Shown: positions 32,775-39,024 of the stretch, piece by piece | How the letters are laid out: every line of letters starts with the position of its first letter | How positions within the stretch are numbered: position 1 is the first letter of the stretch | IMG/VR virus record: IMGVR_UViG_3300029858_000025 | Strand: one strand, 5' to 3' | From: a virus | Length of the DNA: 39,024 nt | Position numbers and translations under genes: made by a program | Notes under the pieces: generated by a model | Databases searched by the model: none | What the model was told of the DNA's origin: nothing | The model's input: only the letters and a program-made list of their open reading frames with translations

Positions 32775-33544
32775 ACAGAATAGACGGTTTTATCGCCTAC
32801 CTGGAATCCCACGTAGGCGATATGTATGTATGGGGAGCGCAGGGACAGCAGGTTGACAGCATGAGCGACCCCTACGCATGGATAGAACGGCGCGAAACCA
32901 GCGACACGAATTACAACCGCGCCGTGAAATTCATGGAGAAGGCCGAAAAACGGCCTCTCTATGCGTTCGACTGTTCCGGCCTCATCGTACACTACATCAG
33001 CGACATAAAGCACTGGATGAAGGGCGACACCAACGCCCAGGGGCTTTACCGTATGTGCGGCGAAAACAGGGGCTACGCCGGGAAAACCCCCATATGGCCG
33101 GGCGACCTCGTATTCAAGTACAGCGAAAGCAGCAAGAAAATGGTACATGTCGGCGTATACGTCGGCGGCGGCTACACCATAGAGGCGAAAGGCCGCGACG
33201 ATGGCGTATGCAAGCGCAAGCTGTCCGATGGCAACTGGACGCACTGGGGGCGGCTTGCCCTGCTCCAGCAGGAGGAAGAAAAGGAGGAGGAAAAGGCGCG
33301 GAAGATCATAACCCTGACGAGCCCCATGATGCGGGGAGACGACATCAAAGCCTTGCAAACCGCACTCAACGCTCTGGGCTATGACGCGGGGGACGCGGAC
33401 GGCATAGCGGGCAAAAACACCATTGCGGCCATACGGCGATTTGCGGGCGACTATGCAAACGCCGGGGAAACGGAACTGCCGGACGTGCTACAGGTATCCG
33501 TGTCCGTTGACGGCAAAATATACGTAGGCACAGCCAAAAGATAA
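32771..33544 (+). CDS. Endolysin: NlpC/P60 peptidase + PG_binding_1 domain
   Basis: Catalytic FDCSGLI and HVGVYVG. C-terminal GDDIKALQTALNALGYDAGDADGIAGKNTIAAIRRF. Confidence 0.85.
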   Translation: MNRIDGFIAYLESHVGDMYVWGAQGQQVDSMSDPYAWIERRETSDTNYNRAVKFMEKAEKRPLYAFDCSGLIVHYISDIKHWMKGDTNAQGLYRMCGENRGYAGKTPIWPGDLVFKYSESSKKMVHVGVYVGGGYTIEAKGRDDGVCKRKLSDGNWTHWGRLALLQQEEEKEEEKARKIITLTSPMMRGDDIKALQTALNALGYDAGDADGIAGKNTIAAIRRFAGDYANAGETELPDVLQVSVSVDGKIYVGTAKR

Positions 33545-33558
33545 GGAGGAAAAACAAA

Positions 33559-33996
33559 ATGAACATATCTGAATGGATCAAAACTATTGCCGCCGCTGTA
33601 GGCGGCGCACTTGCGTGGCTCTTCGGCGCCTGGGATCCCCTGATAATGGTACTGGTGGCGGTGATGGTGTTGGACTACGTCACCGGCGTAGCCGACGCAG
33701 CAGTGACCGGGACCCTCAGCAGCGCAGTAGGATTCAAGGGATTGCTGAAGAAAATCTTTATACTAATACTGGTGGCACTGGCGGCCCTACTTGACAGGCT
33801 TGTGCCCGCCACCAATGGGGCGGTGCGCAGCGCGGTGTGCATGTTCTACATAGCCAACGAGGGCCTATCCATACTGGAGAACGCCGGCACGCTTGGCCTG
33901 CCGCTGCCCGAGGCGCTCAGAGGGGCCCTCCAGAAGCTCCACAACAAAGGCAACGCAATAGAAGATACCGAACCTACCGACAAAACAGCACAATAA
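33559..33996 (+). CDS. Holin (phage_holin_4_1-like)
   Basis: Multiple TM segments. Contains VLDYVTGVADA...GFKGLLKKIFILILV, typical of the family. Confidence 0.8.
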   Translation: MNISEWIKTIAAAVGGALAWLFGAWDPLIMVLVAVMVLDYVTGVADAAVTGTLSSAVGFKGLLKKIFILILVALAALLDRLVPATNGAVRSAVCMFYIANEGLSILENAGTLGLPLPEALRGALQKLHNKGNAIEDTEPTDKTAQ

Positions 33997-34038
33997 AACA
34001 GTACAATCTCATCCCACGTTCGGGATTCCCTTTCAATT

Positions 34039-34066
34039 GCCCCCCTTAATTGGGGGGCGTATTTTT
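34039..34066 (+). terminator. Rho-independent terminator (gcccccc-ttaatt-ggggggc + T-rich tail)
   Basis: Perfect 7-bp GC stem read directly after the holin gene. Confidence 0.8.
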
Positions 34067-34108
34067 ATAAAGGAGGTATAGGCTTTTGGAGAAGCGGGCC
34101 CCTTTGAA

Positions 34109-34342
34109 ATGGATAAAGCATTGCTTAATTCCCGTTCCCGCACGGAATGGGAAGCACTCATACACGAATGGATACATAACGAAAAAGACCGCTGGCTGAT
34201 AACCCGCCGCCTTTTAGACGGGGTGTCATACGACGCTTTGACGGGCGAGTACCAGCTTAAATTTGAAATACCCCTTGAATATGACCAGATACGAAGGCGG
34301 TGCAAGGCTGCCGAAAAACAACTGAAAACGCACTGTAAATAG
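34109..34342 (+). CDS. Small putative DNA-binding protein (77 aa), stand-alone unit between two terminators
   Basis: ORF track. RRLLDGVSYDALTGEY resembles a region-4-like HTH. Weak RBS. Confidence 0.45.
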   Translation: MDKALLNSRSRTEWEALIHEWIHNEKDRWLITRRLLDGVSYDALTGEYQLKFEIPLEYDQIRRRCKAAEKQLKTHCK

Positions 34343-34351
34343 CCGATAAAT

Positions 34352-34386
34352 AGCCGATGGGAGCAATCCTGTCGGCTCTTTTTTTA
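34352..34386 (+). terminator. Rho-independent terminator (agccga...tcggct + T7)
   Basis: Stem 34352-34357 / 34372-34377 followed by cttttttt. It contains the ATG 34357 that the ORF track used as a start. Confidence 0.65.
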
Positions 34387-34419
34387 TGCCAAAATTCAGG
34401 TAGAAGGGAGCGTGAAACA

Positions 34420-34773
34420 GTGTATCCATACCAACCTTATTTTAACCAGCAAACCCAATATCAGCGAACCGAAGTAGTCAAAGTGAACGGCGAGGGCGGC
34501 GCAAAGGCGTATCAAATGCCCCCTAATAGCTCCGTTCTTCTGTTGGACGAAACGGCCCCCATAGTGTGGCTTAAAACAACGGACGGGGCGGGGTTCCCCT
34601 CTCTCTCGCCTTACAGCATAACCCCGTATAAACCCGCTCCGCCTGTCGATGTGAACGGCCTTGAACAGAGAATAGCCAGATTGGAGGAAATGATAAATGC
34701 CAAACCCGATACTACAAATGCTAAGCGGAGGAAGTCCGAGGAAACTCAACCCACAAATGATAGCGCAGGCTAA
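34420..34773 (+). CDS. Hypothetical protein (117 aa, VYPYQPYFNQQTQYQ...)
   Basis: GTG 34420 follows GAAGGGAG. The start was moved downstream of the terminator. Confidence 0.5.
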   Translation: MYPYQPYFNQQTQYQRTEVVKVNGEGGAKAYQMPPNSSVLLLDETAPIVWLKTTDGAGFPSLSPYSITPYKPAPPVDVNGLEQRIARLEEMINAKPDTTNAKRRKSEETQPTNDSAG

Positions 34774-34909
34774 ACAGATGATGTCCGTTCCTGGGCAAAT
34801 ACAGAAGATAAAGCAGATGATAGGCAACGGCGACCCTAAACAGATGTTTTATGCGGCCTGCAAGCAATACGGGATAGACCCCGAGGATATTCTTTCTGAA
34901 TTAAGGTAG
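34697..34909 (+). CDS. Hypothetical protein (70 aa, MPNPILQML...)
   Basis: ATG follows TGGAGGAAATGATAA. Overlaps the previous gene by 77 nt in another frame. Confidence 0.55.
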   Translation: MPNPILQMLSGGSPRKLNPQMIAQAKQMMSVPGQIQKIKQMIGNGDPKQMFYAACKQYGIDPEDILSELR

Positions 34910-34966
34910 ACCATTACCCGAAGCGCGCGCGGGATTGGAATATAAATCGAAAGGAACTTTAGAACT

Positions 34967-35548
34967 ATGGATAATATGCCCTCTCTCGCGGATATAGCCG
35001 CGGTAACTGATGGCAAGACTGACGGCTTCAACGGAGGCTTCTGGATATTCGCCCTTATCATACTTTTTGCTATGATGGGCGGCGGCTTTGGCGGCTGGAA
35101 CCGCCAGGGCGAATTTGGACAGTATGCCACCGCTGCGTCTCAGCAGGAAATTCTCTTCGGTCAGCACTTCGGCCAGATCAATGACCGCTTGACTAACATC
35201 GGCAATGGTATATGTGATTCCACCTTCGCGCTGAACAACGCTATCACCACCGAAGGCCGAAACCTGTCCAGCCAGCTCGCAAACTGCTGCTGTGAACAGA
35301 GGCTCGGTATAGCTAACCTTTCAGCGCAGATGAACCAGAACACCTGCGACATAACCACCGCTATCCACGCCGAGGCCGAGGCCACCCGCTCCCTGATACA
35401 GGCGAACGAAATGCAGGCTCTCAGGGACAAAGTGTCCAGCCTTGAGATGGATAACCGCATGTACGGAGTAGTCCGCTATCCCAACGGTTACACCTACAAC
35501 GCGGGGAACTCCCCCTTCTGTGGTAATAATTGCGGCTGCTGCTGCTAA
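34967..35548 (+). CDS. Membrane-anchored coiled-coil protein with Cys-rich C-terminus (193 aa, 10 Cys, ends CGNNCGCCC)
   Basis: Gly-rich TM segment GGFWIFALIILFAMMGGGFGGW. Contains NCCCEQ and ends FCGNNCGCCC. Confidence 0.65.
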   Translation: MDNMPSLADIAAVTDGKTDGFNGGFWIFALIILFAMMGGGFGGWNRQGEFGQYATAASQQEILFGQHFGQINDRLTNIGNGICDSTFALNNAITTEGRNLSSQLANCCCEQRLGIANLSAQMNQNTCDITTAIHAEAEATRSLIQANEMQALRDKVSSLEMDNRMYGVVRYPNGYTYNAGNSPFCGNNCGCCC

Positions 35549-35616
35549 TTCCGGCTATGCCGTGATATATCGGGGCGGCGTATGCTGCCCCTTGATTTTT
35601 GAAAGGAGCATAAAAA

Positions 35617-35997
35617 ATGGCTTGTAAAAATGTATGCAAACTCTGCCCCAACCTTATAATCTCCCAGGCCGTTACCTTCACGGCGGGAACCGGGCTGATA
35701 ATCAACCTCCCGGCAGGCAACTATAACGATAATCAGAAATACTGCATCGTGGTAGCTCAGTCTATCCCGGCGGCTACCACTATAACCGCGCCCGTGTTTG
35801 TCACCATAGGCGCCGGCACGGAGCAGTACCCGCTGATAAATAGCTGCTGCGCCCAGGTCACAGCTTGCGCCATACGCACCCGCACCAGGTATGCTACCAT
35901 CGTCAAGACCAACGCCACGGGCGGCAGTTTTAAACTGCTCAATAAAACTTGCACACCCACTAACAGCCTTGCAAGCATTAACGGAGGCGCAGAGTAA
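35617..35997 (+). CDS. Cys-rich small protein (126 aa, 8 Cys, N-terminal CKNVCKLC)
   Basis: RBS AAAGGAG. No signal peptide. Confidence 0.7.
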   Translation: MACKNVCKLCPNLIISQAVTFTAGTGLIINLPAGNYNDNQKYCIVVAQSIPAATTITAPVFVTIGAGTEQYPLINSCCAQVTACAIRTRTRYATIVKTNATGGSFKLLNKTCTPTNSLASINGGAE

Positions 35998-36428
35998 TGA
36001 GCTTTAAGGAGATCATAAACCTGATATCCGAAAGACACGGCGACATGACGGAAGTAACCGATGCGCTCTCTGATATGATGCACACGGTAAAGGACCGTCT
36101 GCCGGAAGTGTACAAGGAAACAATGTATTGCCTCGAAGAAATAGCATATCGGATAACTCCCGAAGAGGCGCGGCAGATAGTCAAGGGTATGCGCCCATAC
36201 GGTCAAAAATGGGACTATGATACCATCAAGGCGTTTCTGGCGACGAAGGGCATAACGGCGGTATGCAAATACTATCTGTGCATGAATATGTACTACAACG
36301 ACAGTCACGATACCGCCGAAATGGTAGGCAGGGGAGAAGACCCGGAGTTTTATTTCAGCCTTGCAAAAGATTTCATTAACGACATAGACGGTAAGGATTT
36401 CAAGGTTGAAAAATATTTTACTGCGTAA
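35997..36428 (+). CDS. Hypothetical acidic protein (143 aa)
   Basis: TAATG start/stop overlap with the upstream gene. Confidence 0.65.
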   Translation: MSFKEIINLISERHGDMTEVTDALSDMMHTVKDRLPEVYKETMYCLEEIAYRITPEEARQIVKGMRPYGQKWDYDTIKAFLATKGITAVCKYYLCMNMYYNDSHDTAEMVGRGEDPEFYFSLAKDFINDIDGKDFKVEKYFTA

Positions 36429-36429
36429 C

Positions 36430-36463
36430 TGGCAACCTTCCGGCAACTTTCTGGCAACCTTTT
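36430..36463 (+). repeat. Three tandem YGGCAACYTT repeats (candidate integrase arm-type sites, left arm of attP)
   Basis: tggcaacctt c cggcaacttt c tggcaacctt. The 22-nt ggcaactttctggcaacctttt (36442-36463) is repeated at 36662-36683. Confidence 0.5.
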
Positions 36464-36578
36464 ATTTCAAGCCCTAAAACGAGCGTAAACGGAAAATATA
36501 GATAAACAGCCGCTTTTTACGGACGAAAAACTGCGAGGAACTGAATAAAAAACGGGTAGCCGCCGGATACCAAACATC

Positions 36579-36607
36579 AAAAACGCCTGTGCTACACGGG
36601 CGTTTTT
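36579..36607. terminator. Bidirectional terminator (A5-stem-loop-T5)
   Basis: aaaaacgcctgtg-cta-cacgggcgttttt, 12/13 complementary. Lies between the convergent moron cluster and the integrase gene. Confidence 0.7.
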
Positions 36608-36641
36608 CTTAGGTATTTAGGGCTTTTTCGCTTGCTTGTGC

Positions 36642-37754
36642 TCATTTTGTGGTTTCGCTCTGGCAACTTTCTGGCAACCTTTTTTTGAAAGCGTCCATAA
36701 CCGCGCCCGCGCTTGCGTCCTCTTTTTCCTTTGAAAGGTGTGAATAAATTTCAAGCGTTACCTTTACGTTGGCGTGGCCAAGGAATTTCTGCGCGGAAAG
36801 CACGTCAACGCCGGCATTATAGAGTATGGAGGCGTAATTGTGCCGGAAGTAGTGCGGCGTGAGGATAGAGGCGCCGTCCTCTCTCGTTTCTATGTCGGGC
36901 CCCAACTCTGCCATGCGCTCCATCAGCGAACGCCATAGCCTATTTGAAGAGGAATTGCGATAGTATGTGCCATCGGGGGCGGGGAATACAAACGCCTGCG
37001 GGAATCCCCGCACGAGCATTTCCGCCAGCTCGTCCGGCAGGGGTATATCCCGTATGCTCTCCTTCGTCTTGGGCGGAGTTATCATGCCCTTCCTTAAATT
37101 GACCTGCTGCCGGACGTGTATGACCTTCTTCCTGAAATCTACACATTCCCATTGCAGGCCGAGGGCTTCGCCGAGCCTCATTCCGGTATAGTATAGCAAT
37201 GCCACCAGCAGGCCGTTTTCCTCCTGCATCAGCTTCTTTGCCGCTTCTTCCTCCGCTTCCGTCAGCGCCCGGCGGCTTGACTTTTCTTTCGTGGGCTTGA
37301 CCAGCCCCACGGTCACGTCCCGCTGGATTATCCCCTCGGAGTATGCCCGCTTAAAGACGGATTCTAACACATGATGTACATTTTCGATTATGGTTACGCA
37401 CGTATCGCCCTTGGAGTTAAGCAGCTCCTGCAAATCCATAGTGGATATTGCGGTGAGTCGCTTGTCCCCCAGAACAGGCAATATGTGCTTGTTGAGTGCC
37501 GTCTTATATCCGCTCTGTGCCGATTCCTTTATGTTCGGCTTTTTGTAGACATTATACCACTGTATGGCGTATGGGCCGAAAAGCGCGTCCTTCTGTGCGG
37601 TGCGCCCGGTGATGAACTCTTGTTTGACCGCCTCCTTCGCGGCCTCCAGCTCCTTCTTTGTGCGCCCGGATACATATTTTATCACGCTGCCGCCGTTCAT
37701 ATCCTTACCGACGGTTACTTTAGCCCTATACCTCCCGTCACTTTGCCTTGCCAT
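36642..37754 (-). CDS. int: Tyrosine integrase
   Basis: 370 aa. C-terminal catalytic region TPHYFRHNYASILYNAGVDVLSAQKFLGHANVKVTLEIYSHL, with upstream GMRLGEAL (Arg). Confidence 0.9.
   Translation of the reverse strand: MARQSDGRYRAKVTVGKDMNGGSVIKYVSGRTKKELEAAKEAVKQEFITGRTAQKDALFGPYAIQWYNVYKKPNIKESAQSGYKTALNKHILPVLGDKRLTAISTMDLQELLNSKGDTCVTIIENVHHVLESVFKRAYSEGIIQRDVTVGLVKPTKEKSSRRALTEAEEEAAKKLMQEENGLLVALLYYTGMRLGEALGLQWECVDFRKKVIHVRQQVNLRKGMITPPKTKESIRDIPLPDELAEMLVRGFPQAFVFPAPDGTYYRNSSSNRLWRSLMERMAELGPDIETREDGASILTPHYFRHNYASILYNAGVDVLSAQKFLGHANVKVTLEIYSHLSKEKEDASAGAVMDAFKKRLPESCQSETTK
36660..36683 (+). repeat. Two tandem TGGCAACYTT repeats (right arm), inside the integrase 3' end
   Basis: Exact 22-nt copy of 36442-36463. 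Confidence 0.5.
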
Positions 37755-37784
37755 TTACAAAAACCTCCCGTTGTGCTAAAATCG

Positions 37785-37806
37785 GAGGCGGAGAAGCATC
37801 CGCCTC
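37785..37806 (-). terminator. Perfect 8-bp hairpin between the lipoprotein gene and int
   Basis: gaggcgga-gaagca-tccgcctc. The minus-strand tail cgatttta is only weakly T-rich. Confidence 0.35.
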
Positions 37807-37844
37807 TGATCCCCCTTGCGCTGCACCAACAGCCGGGGGATTTT

Positions 37845-38303
37845 TTACCTTAAACCCCTGCCCTTAGGCATATATTCACGCCATCCGGCGCAGGTACTGT
37901 CCACATATTCTGCAAATGTGTCACTGTCACAATACATTTCAAAAAAATCATAAAAAAATTCGGTTCGTTCTTCGGTATCGTTAAAAATCGCACGTCTATA
38001 ATCTTCTTGGCCTTGCTCATACCCTTCATACCATCCACCAGACTGCGCGTCTCCATCAAAGCAAAACTCCTCAACTGCTGACTCGTATCCATCGTTCTTG
38101 CCTTCGGAATATCCGACATTGTATCCTTTGTCGTATTGGACGCTTGCTTCCGTACTTGCTCGTTCCTCCGCAGCTCTGGCCGCCTTCTTGTCTATTATAT
38201 AATCATCTTCAAAAGGACCGTCGACGCAAGCTGCAACCAAATATAATATAAATCCTACGGCAAGGATTATCTCCGTCACCTTACCAGACTTGTTATTAGC
38301 CAT
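37845..38303 (-). CDS. Lipoprotein (152 aa), superinfection-exclusion candidate
   Basis: Start moved to ATG 38303. Signal + lipobox MANNKSGKVTEIILAVGFILYLVAAC. Acidic, Y/E/D-rich ectodomain. Confidence 0.6.
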   Translation of the reverse strand: MANNKSGKVTEIILAVGFILYLVAACVDGPFEDDYIIDKKAARAAEERASTEASVQYDKGYNVGYSEGKNDGYESAVEEFCFDGDAQSGGWYEGYEQGQEDYRRAIFNDTEERTEFFYDFFEMYCDSDTFAEYVDSTCAGWREYMPKGRGLR

Positions 38304-38308
38304 ACCTC

Positions 38309-38725
38309 TTACAACCTCCCATCTAAAAACCCGCTTCTCATCAGTCCCGTTATCCACCCTTTATCGAGGTGCATCATATCATATACCAGCATTCCTATGA
38401 CCGCCGCCATAACAATAAAAGTAAATACTGCTATTATCATTATCGTGCGTTCCAGCTTCTTTATCTTCCGTTCCCTGTACTCTAACCCTCTCTCGTATAA
38501 CTGCGTCAATCCTTCCGGCTCACACACCCTATCCTCGTCCAGATCGTTCAGGCTCCCGCCCATGGCCTTTACCAGCTTGCAGACCGTATCAAACCCCGGA
38601 TTTTCCGTTAAGCCCTGAAGCACACGGTTTACCGTGGCAACGGGCACACTGCTTTTGTCCGCTATCTGCTGCGCCGTCATATTACTTGCGTCCTTCATGG
38701 CGCGTAAATGTTCATATAACAACAA
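38309..38725 (-). CDS. Membrane-tethered XRE-family HTH protein (138 aa)
   Basis: N-terminal HTH MTAQQIADKSSVPVATVNRVLQG. C-terminal TM segment IMIIAVFTFIVMAAVIGMLVY. TTG start. Confidence 0.65.
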   Translation of the reverse strand: MLLYEHLRAMKDASNMTAQQIADKSSVPVATVNRVLQGLTENPGFDTVCKLVKAMGGSLNDLDEDRVCEPEGLTQLYERGLEYRERKIKKLERTIMIIAVFTFIVMAAVIGMLVYDMMHLDKGWITGLMRSGFLDGRL

Positions 38726-38914
38726 ATAGTATCACCTTCTTCATTTATGTGTGGCGAAAAAACAAGAATGTTAGCGAATCACCTATTATGAGTATTTGAT
38801 TTGAGCGGCAAAGTTGCTATTATCAATTCAGGACGGTTCACAAGATGCTTCTCCACCGTCTTAGGCGGAGGTGAGCGGCTCCCGCTCCCTCTGCCGGTTA
38901 AAGGCGAAACCGAG

Positions 38915-39024
38915 GCACGATTTGTGCAACATTGTTGAGCGCAGTCCCCCTTATGGTACTCTCATACAAATTCCCCCTTTCTTTTTGAATCTAACGTGTT
39001 ATTATCAAAACAGAACAAGTGTTT
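38915..39024. repeat. Direct terminal repeat, right copy (identical to 1-110)
   Basis: Base-by-base comparison. Confidence 0.95.

Larger units (their letters stand above)
1..39024. mobile_element. Complete temperate phage genome (circular sequence with terminal overlap)
   Basis: Integrase, cI/cro switch, terminase, portal, capsid, fibre, endolysin and holin are all present. Exact 110-bp repeat at both ends. Confidence 0.9.

Noticed and set aside
34357-34419. ATG 34357, the start of the 138-aa ORF given in the track.
   Set aside because: This ATG lies inside a terminator hairpin/T-tract (34352-34386) and has no RBS. GTG 34420 with GAAGGGAG upstream is the better start.
34697-34773. Programmed ribosomal frameshift joining the overlapping 117-aa and 70-aa ORFs.
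   Set aside because: No slippery heptamer or homopolymer lies in the 77-nt overlap, and the downstream ORF has its own strong RBS and ATG.
35617-35997. CX3CX2C at the N-terminus (CKNVCKLC) taken as a radical-SAM enzyme signature.
   Set aside because: The 126-aa protein is far too short for a radical-SAM barrel, and no other family motifs are visible. It is kept only as a hint of metal/Fe-S binding.
1-39024. Interpreting the 110-bp end repeats as attL/attR of an integrated prophage.
   Set aside because: Integrase and the att-like repeats are internal (36430-37754). The lysogeny module is only contiguous across the junction, and no host genes flank either end.
1-39024. tRNA, rRNA and CRISPR arrays.
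   Set aside because: The intergenic regions (1404-1713, 6644-6800, 12310-12474, 13648-13866, 36429-36641, 38726-186) show no tRNA-like T-arm/acceptor patterns and no regularly spaced repeat-spacer structure.

Overview
The window is one complete, circularly closed genome of a temperate dsDNA phage. Unique length is 38,914 bp, and bases 1-110 recur exactly at 38915-39024. A Gram-positive, Clostridia-like host is inferred from AGGAGG-type ribosome sites, an LPXTG-type protein, an NlpC/P60 + PG-binding endolysin and a holin_4_1-like holin. Layout: (1) The lysogeny module spans the sequence junction: integrase 36642-37754(-), lipoprotein, membrane-tethered HTH, cI-like repressor 187-504(-), and a divergent cro-like gene 635-847(+) with a palindromic operator. 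(2) A rightward early operon runs to a bidirectional terminator at 11043-11075. It encodes an Xis-like HTH, two DUF6273-like paralogues flanking an HNH cassette, a DnaD-like organiser domain, an unusual C5-methyltransferase, an HUH Rep-like protein, VRR-NUC, four related small proteins, MazG and an ArpU/sigma-r4-like regulator. (3) A leftward accessory island (11105-13647) is driven by two near-identical consensus promoters. (4) A rightward late operon (13867-32157) encodes an ERF-like annealase, TerS, TerL, portal, scaffold, a capsid with an Ig-like tail, a 2039-aa giant protein, a fibre and a low-GC fibre-associated cassette. (5) A sortase-substrate gene is coupled to the endolysin and holin. 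(6) A terminator-bounded cluster of small Cys-rich proteins (34109-36428) sits next to an attP-like repeat architecture. No rRNA, tRNA or CRISPR array was seen. The most noteworthy observations are: a C5-methyltransferase whose SAM-binding motifs I/II lie after motif X (circular permutation) and whose frame switches at a G7 run with a long open +1 frame; the leftward acr/aca-like island; the Cys-rich moron cluster; the LPXTG gene coupled to lysis; and the hypervariable DUF6273 paralogue pair. All functional calls rest on motif recognition by eye, because no searches could be run.
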